A stretch of 64,000 bases of DNA from a virus (IMGVR_UViG_3300023199_000051:64001-128000), one strand, 5' to 3'. Counted from the first letter of the stretch, positions 34,078 to 43,852 are shown. The notes: generated from the sequence alone by a model not told the origin. Translations and numbers: made by a program.

Positions 34078-34761
34078 CTACCCCTTCACGGCGCCGCCAC
34101 CAAGGGCGCCAATGATGTGACCGCCGGGGTTGTCGTAGGCGAAGCCACGACGACTCTGGCCGGGGAGGCCGCTGCGGAGCAAGCCGCTGTCATAGGGTGC
34201 TGCACCCCACTCGGCCTGTCCAGGGCCAGCAGGGGCCTCCCAGGCCATCGGGCGCTCCTCGTCGAGGTCGGCCGGGTCAAGGCCCAGGTGTGCCAGTTCG
34301 GCATCCAGCTCGCTCTCCAGGTAGTCGAGGTCGTCGTCGCTGAAGTTGTTCTCGGGATCGCTGAAGCGGTGACCGCCGAAGCCCGGAACGCCGAAGGAAC
34401 CGACACCTGCCATGTGGGCGTAGCCGGCCTCGGCATCATCCAGCTCGGCCTCGAAGTCGTCCAGCTCTTCATCGCTCATGTCGCTGAACATGCCGGAGTC
34501 AATGCCGCCTCCACCACCGAGCAGCTCGGCGATGCCTCCACCAAAAGATGGACCGAACAGCGGCAGCCTCACCTTGCCTTCTTCGGGGGCCTCGATGCGC
34601 TTGGCTGCCTTCTCGGCCGTGCTCGTGATGCGGCTGCCGAAGGCCTTGCCAAGGCGTCCGAAGGCGCGGCCGAATGCGCGCTTCTTCTTGCGCTTCTTCT
34701 TGCTCTTCTCCTCTGGCTCCTTGGCGGCGCCGATGAGGCCCATGTGGATAGGGATGTGCAT
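34078..34761 (-). CDS. Basic-N/acidic-C protein, putative virion core or scaffold
   Basis: CAGGAG SD; KSKKKRKKKRAFGRAFGR followed by two SD(D/E)(E/D)LD..E.ELD acidic repeats. Confidence 0.75.
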   Translation of the reverse strand: MHIPIHMGLIGAAKEPEEKSKKKRKKKRAFGRAFGRLGKAFGSRITSTAEKAAKRIEAPEEGKVRLPLFGPSFGGGIAELLGGGGGIDSGMFSDMSDEELDDFEAELDDAEAGYAHMAGVGSFGVPGFGGHRFSDPENNFSDDDLDYLESELDAELAHLGLDPADLDEERPMAWEAPAGPGQAEWGAAPYDSGLLRSGLPGQSRRGFAYDNPGGHIIGALGGGAVKG

Positions 34762-34788
34762 GTCGATCTCCTGGGGGTGAGTAGTGGC

Positions 34789-35535
34789 CTACCCGGTGCA
34801 CTCGTAGAGGACGATGTGGGTCTGGGGGGCGGCCCCAGTGGGACTGAGTGTGTAGTCCAGGTTCGGGATCCGCTTGATCTCCCCCGAACGTGGGACAGTG
34901 AGGACTTCATCGTATGCGACGACGCCGCCTGGCCCATAGCCTCGGATGCGAGGTGGCGGCGAGCCAGCTCCTGGGCTGAACACCTCGAAGGTGTCGCAGA
35001 AGGGAGGCACCGACAGATCGGTCTCCCCGGTAAGTGCATCGACGCCGCCAAAGAACTGCTGGTCCTTCCAGTCCGAGAGGCCTGCTGTGAACTCATCGAT
35101 CTGGTAGTGGGCTTCCAGCTCGAAGTTGTTGGGATTGAGCGCCAGTACGCGGATGCTGCGACCTGGTGCGTAGATGACGGCTGACTGGTTCGTGGTCGTG
35201 AAGCATCGGCGTACGATGCGCTCGTTCTCCATCTTCGCGAGCACAGTGAAGCGCAGTCCCGCACCCGATCGAGTGGGGTCATTGCCTTCCGGGTCCTGAC
35301 AGCTGAGTGTGACCTTCCAGCGGCGGATGATGTTGATCTCGCCGTTGTCGACCAGGACGACAGGGTCCACGAGCCCTGATCCGGGAGGAGAAGCAGCAAA
35401 CCCAGCACGTGCAGGGACAGCCTTGAAGTCTCCGATGCGGTAGCCACGGCCCATGGCCGGATCCCATCGGGAGTAGGGCTGCAGACCACCGTGCTCGATC
35501 TCGTTGACCAGTCGTCGGTCTTCACGGCTGTGCAC
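34789..35535 (-). CDS. Beta-rich protein, candidate minor capsid/penton
   Basis: Alternating beta-strand pattern, VPPFCDTFEV; start uncertain (35535 GTG or 35454 ATG). Confidence 0.6.
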   Translation of the reverse strand: MHSREDRRLVNEIEHGGLQPYSRWDPAMGRGYRIGDFKAVPARAGFAASPPGSGLVDPVVLVDNGEINIIRRWKVTLSCQDPEGNDPTRSGAGLRFTVLAKMENERIVRRCFTTTNQSAVIYAPGRSIRVLALNPNNFELEAHYQIDEFTAGLSDWKDQQFFGGVDALTGETDLSVPPFCDTFEVFSPGAGSPPPRIRGYGPGGVVAYDEVLTVPRSGEIKRIPNLDYTLSPTGAAPQTHIVLYECTG

Positions 35536-35759
35536 GGAGGCGCTTCTACCTGCACGACTACGGTGACTCAAAACGCACCTCGGCCCCTGGGACCCCGTGG
35601 TGAAGTGGGAACCAAGTCCCCACGTCACGGGGCCGCAGGGGCCAGGCGTGCGCACCGATCGGTGCGCACAGTGTGACAGCGGAAGCTATCACGGTAGCGC
35701 CGTAGCTACGGGGCAGCGGTTGCTACCCCACAGGCGTAACCCTCGGTAGAGGGCCGCGC

Positions 35760-36476
35760 CTAGTAGCCGTAGCCGGGAGCCGAGAAGCCCTGCGTCGCGG
35801 CGGTCAGGAGCATGTGCTCCATCCAGCGCTGCATCGCGTAGGGGTTCAGCTCGTCGGCGATGATGCCGCCGCTGACCGTCCGCGGGGCACCCGTGGCGAT
35901 GTTCGCCAGGTTGACCCGGAAGGTCTGGCCGGTCAGCGCGAGACGCCGCCCGAACGAGATCCCGAAGCGGGTGCTGTCGCTGGCGAACATCGACAAGGGG
36001 GTTCCCTTCGAACCCACGTTGACCGGCAAGCCGGCGACCGTGATGCCCGTCACGAGAACTTCGGCGGGGACGTCGGCGTCGAGCACCAGGCTCTTCCCCC
36101 ACAGGTTCCGGTTGATGGTGTCGTCGATGTAGCCAGTCGACGAGGCTGGGATCTCGACACTGCCGAGGCCGTTGTACTGGTTCTCCTGGATCATCCCGGC
36201 CGCGGCTGCGGCCTGGTAGACGTCTGCGGGTGCTGCTCCTTGATTGGGCATCGGTTCCTCCTGGGGGGGTGGTGCGAGGCGGGCCTGACGGCGCTCCAGA
36301 CGGTCGATCTTGCGAGAGGTGCGGCGGAGCCGCGCCTTCTTGCCGAACGGCCACAGGAGACCAGACTCGTCTTCTTCGTCGTCGTAGTCCATCTCTTCCA
36401 CGTCGGCGGGGTCCACGTAGACCTCGCCGGTCGCTTCGTCGAGCTTCACGGGGACTGCGCCAATGACAGTGGACAT
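35760..36476 (-). CDS. Candidate single-jelly-roll capsid protein with acidic/basic N-terminal extension
   Basis: About 110-aa all-beta-looking core GLGSVEIPASSTGYI..LVL..VLVTGITVAG..PLSMF..GQTFRVNLANI..RTVSGGIIAD; long leader with GGAG SD and a cUUCGg hairpin at 36559-36574. Confidence 0.6.
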   Translation of the reverse strand: MSTVIGAVPVKLDEATGEVYVDPADVEEMDYDDEEDESGLLWPFGKKARLRRTSRKIDRLERRQARLAPPPQEEPMPNQGAAPADVYQAAAAAGMIQENQYNGLGSVEIPASSTGYIDDTINRNLWGKSLVLDADVPAEVLVTGITVAGLPVNVGSKGTPLSMFASDSTRFGISFGRRLALTGQTFRVNLANIATGAPRTVSGGIIADELNPYAMQRWMEHMLLTAATQGFSAPGYGY

Positions 36477-36653
36477 GGAAAACTCCGGTTTTCTTGAGTG
36501 GTGCTGGGTGGTGGTGTGCGCTGATTCGCCAGAGCGGCGTCTCAGGGCGCCCTGCTTCGAGCCCCGAAGGGCTCTCGGCGGGGTGTCAGCGGCTCAAAGG
36601 CTGCTGAACGTGTGGTGAACTGGTGAAAGATCTTGCCCTTGCGGGCAGCTGCT

Positions 36654-37328
36654 CTACAGAGCGAGCTGACGGCGGTAGCGGGGTCGGACGGCGTACAGGG
36701 GGACCTGGACCATCTGGGGCTCCTGCTGGGCGTCGTCGTACCCGAGCTTGTGCTGGAGGCGTCCGCGACGGCTGCGCAGGCGGGACAGCTTGCGCCCGAT
36801 GCGCTGGATGCGCTGGCGACGGCCGAACAGGCCTGACTCGTCCTCCTCCTCCTCATCGTCGTAGTCCTCGTCGAGGGCGCCGAGCACGACACCCTGGGAG
36901 GTGGCTGCGCTGGCAGCCGGGGCGCTCTCGCCCTTCTCGCCCCACTTGGCGCCCATCTCGTAGCTGTACTCGTGGACCCAGGAGCCCAGGGTACCGAGGG
37001 AGACGTTCACCGCGTGGCTCGACCACTTGGACTTCGGCCACCAGAGACCGGCGACCAGGCCGGCGACACCGGTGACGATCCGCGCGTCGGTCTTGATGAC
37101 GGGGATCTTGAGGTCCTTGCCCTGCGCTGCTCGCCATGCGGACGCACCGGACCAGACGGCGCCGGAGCCGAGCAGCTCGCCTGCGACGACTGCGCTCTCC
37201 TTGGCGGCCTTGGTGCGCGCCTTGGCGACGGTGGACCGCGACCGCGATCGGCCGCTGGACTTGCGCTTGCGCTTGCTCTTGCGCTTGCGAGGGCGAGCCT
37301 TGGATGCAGATGGTGGGGTGATGGCCAT
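36654..37328 (-). CDS. Basic membrane protein (Arg/Lys/Ser N-terminus, hydrophobic hairpin, acidic-then-basic C-terminus)
   Basis: GGAGG SD; RKRKSKRKRKSSGRSRSRS; IVTGVAGLVAGLWW; DEEEEDESG-LFGRRQRIQR. Confidence 0.8.
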   Translation of the reverse strand: MAITPPSASKARPRKRKSKRKRKSSGRSRSRSTVAKARTKAAKESAVVAGELLGSGAVWSGASAWRAAQGKDLKIPVIKTDARIVTGVAGLVAGLWWPKSKWSSHAVNVSLGTLGSWVHEYSYEMGAKWGEKGESAPAASAATSQGVVLGALDEDYDDEEEEDESGLFGRRQRIQRIGRKLSRLRSRRGRLQHKLGYDDAQQEPQMVQVPLYAVRPRYRRQLAL

Positions 37329-37357
37329 GGAAGCGACCTCCGTGTTTCGATGCCTAA

Positions 37358-37386
37358 AGCGTATCGAAGGGTGACAGGTTGTGCAA
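37358..37386 (-). promoter_or_regulatory. sigma70-type promoter heading the putative capsid operon
   Basis: TTGCAC-17 nt-TACGCT. Confidence 0.6.
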
Positions 37387-37650
37387 GCAGGAAAAAGAAG
37401 TTTCCAGGCCCACTATGGGCCTTATGTGCCCCTACTCACAAGTAGGTCCGGCGAAAGTGCCGGGAGACCCTATATGGGCCAGTTGATGTCGAACCCCTTG
37501 CCGAACCGTGGGAGGCCCGTTCGGGATCCTGAACGCCATGGTTCGTCTGGACGCCGAAGCATCGACGAGAGGGCGTATGAAGCTCTGGACTGCTGCAGGA
37601 TTGGCCGCGGGTATGCGAGTCCTTCCTGGAGCATGCGGTCGAGGGGTCGC

Positions 37651-39585
37651 TCAAAGCGCCCTCCGCGACACCGCGCCGAGGTTGTCCTGGAACGCCCCCG
37701 TGTCGGCGTGAGAAGCAGGATCAGCATCTGAGTAGCCTCCGGTCTGGACGCCCATCAGGCGAGGGCCATAGCTGGAAGGGGCGCCGAAGCTCTGCGAGCT
37801 TCCGTAGCTCTGCGGGCTTCCGTAGCCGCTCTGCCCGTACCGGGCCTCGGCCTCGCGGGCCTTGTGCTGAGCGGTGATGGCCTGCAAGAAGGCCACCGTC
37901 TTTGCCTGCTGTCCCAGGTTGGGATCATAGGAGGGTTGCCGTTCCCGGATGATGGTTCGGCGGATGACCTGAGGCCGGCCTCGACCGATGGGAATGCGGC
38001 GACGCCTGCGCACCATGCGACGACGCCTGCGCGCCATGCGGGTAGGCGGCCTCGACGAGCGCACTGCTGGGGGAGGAGCTACACGCCGCGGACGCCTGGG
38101 CTTGCCCTGGGCCTTTGCGAGCAGGCCTCGGATCTGGCGGGCGAGGGTCTGCAGGCGTGCCTTCTTCTTGATGCGGCGCACTCTCTGCAGCTTGCGCTCG
38201 ATGCGGTCGAGTGCCTTCTCCAGCTTGCCCACGAGCTTGGGCTTGATGCGTCCCTTGCGGCGGAGCTGGCGCTCGGCACGCTTGATCATCTTGCCGGGAC
38301 CGAACAGGGTGATGGCCCGTCCGCCCCGCGGTGCCGATGCCTCTTCACCTGCACGGTCGAGCAGCGACTTGATCTGTGCTGCCAGACGCTGCATCTTCTG
38401 ACGCTTCTTCGGCCGGCGGGCGTTCTTGGCCTTGAAGGACACCCGGCCGTAGATGCGCTGGATGCGCGCAAGCAGCTTGGGCTTGATGCGTCCCTTGCGA
38501 CGGAGCTGGCGCTCGGCACGCCGGAGGGCCTTCTTCTTGTTGGGAGCCAGGAGGGCGAGGACCCCACCGCCGAGGAGGAAAGGAAGGATGCCGATCTCGT
38601 CGAGGTCGTCGTCGCCCTCGTAGGTGTAGCCCATCTCTTCGAGCCTGGCCTTGAGACGGCGGATGCGCTTGAGCATGCGGCCGATACGGCGCCTGATGCT
38701 GCGTGCACGCTTGGCCGGTGTCCGCTTGAACAGCCTGCCCAGCTTCTTGAACAGCCCGACCGTGTCGTCGTAGCCAGCCGTGGAGACATCGGGGTCGTCG
38801 TCGGGGATCGTGACTGCGACACCAGCCGGGTCGTCGGTGAAGTAGAAGAGGTACCAGCCACCCTTCGAGGGCTCGACCCGGTAGAAGGTGTTGCGGTTGC
38901 GCGCGATCTTGCGAGCCTTCAGCGCGGCCTCGATGCGGTCGTTCTCGCTGGGGAGGTGAAGCATCCATCCATCACCGGTTGCTTCGCCGGCCGCGGCCCA
39001 GTGCTTGCCGACCGGGATGCGGCTGTCTGCAGCCCACTTCGCGAGGGTGCCCGACGACTTGACGACGGCCTTGCCTTGCTTGCTCCCCCTGATGACGGCC
39101 TTCCTGCCGATGGCGAGCTTCGGCTTCTTGATCCTGATCTTGGGGAGCTTGAGCTTGAACTTGCCGACTTCGTGCTCCACCATCGCGCCGACCAGGATGG
39201 GGTTGCCATCAGCGGAGAAGCCAGCATCGCGGGCAGCCGCAGTCTGGTAGCTGTGCGGCTCCCAAGCTGAACCACCCCAGTTGGGGCCTTCCCACGGATC
39301 CTGAGCGGGCGCATCGTCACCGAACCCTGCCATGACCGGATTTCCATCTCGGGAAGACGCACGGCTCTCTGCAGCGTTGGACAGGACGTTCGGTTCCCAG
39401 GCCGAGCCGGCCCAGATGGGATCCGACCAAGGGTCAGAGAAGACGGCACCGCTCATGTCGTAGTCGGCGTCGTCGAAGGCGCCCACCATGAGCCCTCCGC
39501 TCTCTACGTCCGGCTCCGTCTTGCGGAGTACGTGCTTCTTGTGAGCAGGGGCAGGGCACTTCGGGGTCTTTTCGTGGGTCGCCAA
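37651..39585 (-). CDS. Modular acidic/Arg-rich protein, candidate core polyprotein
   Basis: GGAGG before TTG; duplicated DPW..W(A/G)GSAWEP..DGNP unit and duplicated RAERQLRRKGRIKPKL unit. Confidence 0.85.
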   Translation of the reverse strand: MATHEKTPKCPAPAHKKHVLRKTEPDVESGGLMVGAFDDADYDMSGAVFSDPWSDPIWAGSAWEPNVLSNAAESRASSRDGNPVMAGFGDDAPAQDPWEGPNWGGSAWEPHSYQTAAARDAGFSADGNPILVGAMVEHEVGKFKLKLPKIRIKKPKLAIGRKAVIRGSKQGKAVVKSSGTLAKWAADSRIPVGKHWAAAGEATGDGWMLHLPSENDRIEAALKARKIARNRNTFYRVEPSKGGWYLFYFTDDPAGVAVTIPDDDPDVSTAGYDDTVGLFKKLGRLFKRTPAKRARSIRRRIGRMLKRIRRLKARLEEMGYTYEGDDDLDEIGILPFLLGGGVLALLAPNKKKALRRAERQLRRKGRIKPKLLARIQRIYGRVSFKAKNARRPKKRQKMQRLAAQIKSLLDRAGEEASAPRGGRAITLFGPGKMIKRAERQLRRKGRIKPKLVGKLEKALDRIERKLQRVRRIKKKARLQTLARQIRGLLAKAQGKPRRPRRVAPPPAVRSSRPPTRMARRRRRMVRRRRRIPIGRGRPQVIRRTIIRERQPSYDPNLGQQAKTVAFLQAITAQHKAREAEARYGQSGYGSPQSYGSSQSFGAPSSYGPRLMGVQTGGYSDADPASHADTGAFQDNLGAVSRRAL

Positions 39586-39722
39586 GGAGGCCTCCAGAGG
39601 GCAGCGCGCTTGCTGGGAGGCTATCGGGGGCCGTTAGGGCGCGTCCAGTCCCAAAAGGCTCATACAAACCCGTGTATGGCTTAGGATGCCCTGAACATCG
39701 ACACCCTTGTCTGGACTCTATG

Positions 39723-40166
39723 TCACCCTGCTCCATCCGCAGGCCACGACAGCGACACGCACTCGGGCTTCTTGGTCTTCTCGCTCGGACTGATGATCCT
39801 TGATGCCTTCTGCGTGTCGTCCCTGGTCACTTCTACTTGGTCCGGTGGAGCCCCCAGCCGACGGGCTGTCGCTTCCATTACCTGACGGAACAGGGACAGC
39901 ACTCTCGCGGGCGCGTTGGGGGCAAGGATTCCAGTGATGGTCTTGTGCGAGGGCTTGGGCTTCGTGATCGCCGCACCATCTCTCAGTCTCGCATGCGGGC
40001 GCACGATCATGTACCCCGTGTAGGTGAACATCCCGTAGGGCGTCGGGACCATGTTCACCCCTTCAGGCTTGCTGTAGTTGTCCACCCACTGAAACGATCT
40101 CTTGAGCTTGCTGGCCAGCTCTCTGGAGAGGCGCTGTACGATCTCACGGTCTGTGCGCTCACTCAC
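39723..40166 (-). CDS. Hypothetical protein (147 aa)
   Basis: GTGA overlap with upstream stop. Confidence 0.7.
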   Translation of the reverse strand: MSERTDREIVQRLSRELASKLKRSFQWVDNYSKPEGVNMVPTPYGMFTYTGYMIVRPHARLRDGAAITKPKPSHKTITGILAPNAPARVLSLFRQVMEATARRLGAPPDQVEVTRDDTQKASRIISPSEKTKKPECVSLSWPADGAG

Positions 40167-41884
40167 GATTCGCCCTCGCTCTTCTCGTTGTCCTCGTCCG
40201 AGGAGGTGTCCGAGCTGCTTGGGGGCTCATCATCCTCTCCATCAAGGGCGCCCTCTTCCAGGCGTGCTTCGGCCTCTTGGTAGATTGCTCGCTGCTTCGC
40301 CAGCTCTTCTCGCGTGATCGTACCCGTCTCGACGTCATGTTCTTCGACTGCATCCGCAAGCTCCTCGGTGAGGCGGATGGCGAAGTTGCGGTCTGACTTC
40401 ACAGTAGCATTGAGGACTGCACGACGTTGCTCTGGTGCCATGAAGCGCAGGAGCACTGCAGCTTGGCTGGGATCGATGTTGGCGGGGTTGAAACCACCAC
40501 CGGGGTGCTGTGGTGGAGCCTGTTGCGGTGGAGCCTGCTGCGGTGGAGCCTGTTGCGGTGGAGCCTGTTGCGGTGAAGCCTGCTGCTGCGCTGTGCGGTG
40601 AGCCCCACCCCCAGATGGCGGGGCGCCCGGCACCCCATTCCACCCCGGCCGGCCTCCTCCATTAGCAGGCTTGTGCTGCTGTGGAGGCGGCTGCTGCTGT
40701 TGTCCGCCTCCCCCCTCCTCGGACAGTCCCTTCAGGACCTTGTCAATCACCATGTCCGCAGCAGCACCAACGCGGTCCTGCACCCCCTCGGGCAGCGCAC
40801 CGTCATCGCCCGTGCTCAACGCGCGGCGGCGACGTGCTGTTCGGCGTGCTGCATCTGCAGCTTCTCGGAGCCGCTTCGCTTCTGCCTCGTTCGCCTGGCG
40901 TTCTTGCTCGCGGGCCTGGCGCTCAGCTTGCAGCTGCTCGGCGAGTGCTTGGTTGTCCTGCTGCGTGCGGTTGGCCTCGGACTCCAGGCGGTCCAGCCGT
41001 GCTCGCAGCTCGCGGTGCTGAGCATCGGCCTTTGCATTGGCGTGGTTGACCTGCAGCTTCGCAATCCGATCTGAGGACTTGTCCAGGGATTCGCGGTAGT
41101 TCTCACCCTCTGCTTTGCTCGCGCGCACGGACTCGCGATGGACATTGATCACTTCGCTCATCAGGCCGTCGAGACGGTTCACCAGAAAGCGGTTCTCGCC
41201 GAGGATGGTGTTGATGGTGTGGAGGTACACCTGATCACGTGCGCTGATCCCCTTGTCGATGGCTTCCGGGTCGATGTGAAGCCCAGATCCTGGGATGGAC
41301 CCCTCCCGTGCGGGACTTGTGAAGGAGGGGGACGCCAAAGTTCGTGGCCCTGGGCCCCGAGCACCAGTAGCCGCTCCAGGCACCGGGGGAGGGTTGTTCC
41401 CGTACTGCTGCAGCGGGCTTGGTGAGGGCGCGCGTGTCATGTTGCGCGTGAAGTTCTGCACGCACGTGCCCGCGCGCTTCCATGTCACCTCCTCGACAAG
41501 GTCGTCCTCGTCAAAGTCATCCTCGAAGTCGGGAATGGACAGGTCGTCGTCATCCCCGTCGTCCTCGTCCTCCTCATCGATCGAGGGCGCCTTGAGGATT
41601 GTCGCATCAAGCTTCACCGTGATCGAAGTGCGGTCAGCATCCACGCTGTTGAGCAGCTCCGCGAGAGTCCGGTTGACCATCCGAATCGCGTCTTCTTCCT
41701 CATAGTTGAAGACCTCCACGCGGTACTTGGTCAGTGGCAGGTTCTGCATCGACCCCGCGTAGAAGCGAATCGCGTGCGGGAAGTCTGCTTCTTCGACCTC
41801 CTCTTCGGTGGTCAGTCCTCGGGGGTACAGGGTGCGAACCCAGCGGTTCACATCCTGCCAGTTGCCGTTCCAGTCATCGAGCAT
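40163..41884 (-). CDS. Coiled-coil protein with QQAPP repeats and acidic tracts
   Basis: GGAGTGG SD before ATG 41884 (MLDDWNG); 15-bp repeat x5 at 40512-40586. Confidence 0.8.
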   Translation of the reverse strand: MLDDWNGNWQDVNRWVRTLYPRGLTTEEEVEEADFPHAIRFYAGSMQNLPLTKYRVEVFNYEEEDAIRMVNRTLAELLNSVDADRTSITVKLDATILKAPSIDEEDEDDGDDDDLSIPDFEDDFDEDDLVEEVTWKRAGTCVQNFTRNMTRAPSPSPLQQYGNNPPPVPGAATGARGPGPRTLASPSFTSPAREGSIPGSGLHIDPEAIDKGISARDQVYLHTINTILGENRFLVNRLDGLMSEVINVHRESVRASKAEGENYRESLDKSSDRIAKLQVNHANAKADAQHRELRARLDRLESEANRTQQDNQALAEQLQAERQAREQERQANEAEAKRLREAADAARRTARRRRALSTGDDGALPEGVQDRVGAAADMVIDKVLKGLSEEGGGGQQQQPPPQQHKPANGGGRPGWNGVPGAPPSGGGAHRTAQQQASPQQAPPQQAPPQQAPPQQAPPQHPGGGFNPANIDPSQAAVLLRFMAPEQRRAVLNATVKSDRNFAIRLTEELADAVEEHDVETGTITREELAKQRAIYQEAEARLEEGALDGEDDEPPSSSDTSSDEDNEKSEGES

Positions 41885-41960
41885 GTGTAGGCCACTCCAG
41901 GTGTCAGGGAGCATAAGCCTCCAGCTACGTGTGTTCAAGGCCCATAGCACGTTCCGCCAC

Positions 41961-42600
41961 TGGAACAATCAGCAGCAAATGCCGCTGATTGTCCCAGGCC
42001 CAAAGGGGGGGTGTCGCTTGTACAAGCGGTAGGCACAAATCCCGTTTTCTACATGGAACAATCAGCACCTGGATGCGCCTATTGTTCCTGCTATAGGTTT
42101 AATCGGACCCTTTGGCCGAAGGGTGCTCTCCGGTGCCGACCCTTTGGCCCTAAGACCCCCCCTGCGGCAAAAAAACCACGTGACCCTTGGGCCAAAGGGT
42201 ATGCGGAAAAAGTGCCACAGGGGTTTCTCGCCTACTGAGTACAACGTCCCAGAACAAAGGGGGTTTGTATCGGGACGTTTATGATCGGGACCCTCAACCA
42301 CCCCCTCAACCCTGTGCTAAATGACACACAGACCCCCCCTTTGGCCCTAAGACCCCCCTGCGGCAAAAAAACCACGTGACCCTTTGCCCAAAAGGTCCAC
42401 CTCGCTTGTACAAGCGACCCCCACCCTTTGGCCGAAGGGTCCACCTCCAAGATCACACTCAGGCCCAAAGGTCGATGGTCCAGGATCTGGCGCCCCCCAC
42501 CCTTTGGCCGAAGGGCAGTCTCCGTGATCCGATCCTCTTGATCCTGCTACAGGTGGTGAGGGTGAGATGTGAACCGATCCGCTACTTGCCTTTTGGACCT
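41961..42600. repeat. Repeat-rich intergenic switch region, candidate replication origin
   Basis: About 58-bp direct repeats at 42141-42199 and 42338-42395; palindrome CGCTTGTACAAGCG at 42015 and 42403; about 10 CCCTTTGGCC(G/C)-type motifs; TGGAACAATCAGCA x2. Confidence 0.75.
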
Positions 42601-42673
42601 CTACCTAGTACCAAAGTCGTACGTGTTGAGGGGGTAGACCCCTCCATAAGCACTTGCTAGCTATGGGAAGCCC

Positions 42674-43852
42674 TTGAACTACGCAGAAGCAATCGTTGAG
42701 CTGCGAAGCGAGATTCCCCTGCACACCCTCTGCGAAGAGGTGCAGTGGCGCGACGTAGTGTTGCCCGACGACCCCCAGGACTCAGTTCTCCTACGTGTAC
42801 GCGCGCGCGATAGAATAAGGCACCTGTCCACGCCCCAGCAGAAAGCGGCTGTGTACGTGCTTCGTCTGTGGGCAGGGTCGGCCGCGACGCATGAGACACC
42901 CTTCCTGGTGGCTCTTCCGGGACGACGAGATCCCGTGTCTCGAACCTGGGCAAGGGGTTTGTGTACCCTCTGCGATGGCCGCGTCGTGCTCACCAACGAC
43001 ACCATCCAGATCGCACGTCTCTACGCGGATGCGTTGATTCAGACTCACCCAGGGTGGGACCAGCGCCGCCGAGAGCGAGAAGCACTTCGCTTGCTTCCCA
43101 TGCTCGGGGAGCTTGAGCCTGACCGGCAAGATCCCAGCTGGCGTAGGTACCGGGAGGTCTACCGCCTCCGCCCTCTCCAGGCTGAGGTGAGAGTGCCTGA
43201 TCCCACTTCGCACACGAGGAGCGAGGAGGAAGATGAGGCTGGTGAGTACGACTGGGAAGAGGACAGACCGTCGGATGAACCCCAGGCCGATGTGGGCTTG
43301 CTGCCTCCTCCTCCGGTAGAGGTCCAGCCCCTCCCTGCCGCTGAAGAGATGCCAGCCGGAGTCGTGGTGCCCTTGCTGCCCTACCTCACCGGGCTTCGTC
43401 CGGCGCCAGGTGAAGGCACCCCTTACTTCCTCGACCTCAGTGAGGAAGTAGCGCAGGCCATGATCTCCCTGTGGGGGTACTCAAAGACGAGCTGGCGAGA
43501 TGCGTTCTACCTGCGGCGTGGAGACATACACGTCGACGGCCCTCACTGGGCGCTACCCTCACACCGGGGCGTGCTGAAGCATGAAGACCCCAGCGAGTGG
43601 GAGCCCCCTGGCACAAGCTGGTCCGAGAAGACCTGGACCCGCATTCGATGTCTCAGGCCGGAAGAGGAGCCGCTGATTCGGGCTGTCCTCCACCACTTTG
43701 CGGGGGATCAGCCTACCGACTTCGTGATCAGCATTCCCGGTAAGAACCGAGGACGCGTCGCCGAGAAGGTAGCAGCTCGTATTGCTGAGGACTTCGGGCT
43801 CTCTGTGAGTCGCGGGAAGGGCGGTCGCCGGAAGAAGAAGTCACGGACATGA
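42674..43852 (+). CDS. Hypothetical protein (392 aa), first gene of the plus-strand block
   Basis: Long ORF, CTLC motif, acidic/Pro linker, basic C tail, ATGA overlap with next gene. Confidence 0.7.
   Translation: MNYAEAIVELRSEIPLHTLCEEVQWRDVVLPDDPQDSVLLRVRARDRIRHLSTPQQKAAVYVLRLWAGSAATHETPFLVALPGRRDPVSRTWARGLCTLCDGRVVLTNDTIQIARLYADALIQTHPGWDQRRREREALRLLPMLGELEPDRQDPSWRRYREVYRLRPLQAEVRVPDPTSHTRSEEEDEAGEYDWEEDRPSDEPQADVGLLPPPPVEVQPLPAAEEMPAGVVVPLLPYLTGLRPAPGEGTPYFLDLSEEVAQAMISLWGYSKTSWRDAFYLRRGDIHVDGPHWALPSHRGVLKHEDPSEWEPPGTSWSEKTWTRIRCLRPEEEPLIRAVLHHFAGDQPTDFVISIPGKNRGRVAEKVAARIAEDFGLSVSRGKGGRRKKKSRT

Noticed and set aside
41961-42600. Possible CRISPR array
   Set aside because: Repeats are irregularly spaced and of mixed orientation, with no unique equal-length spacers and no cas genes
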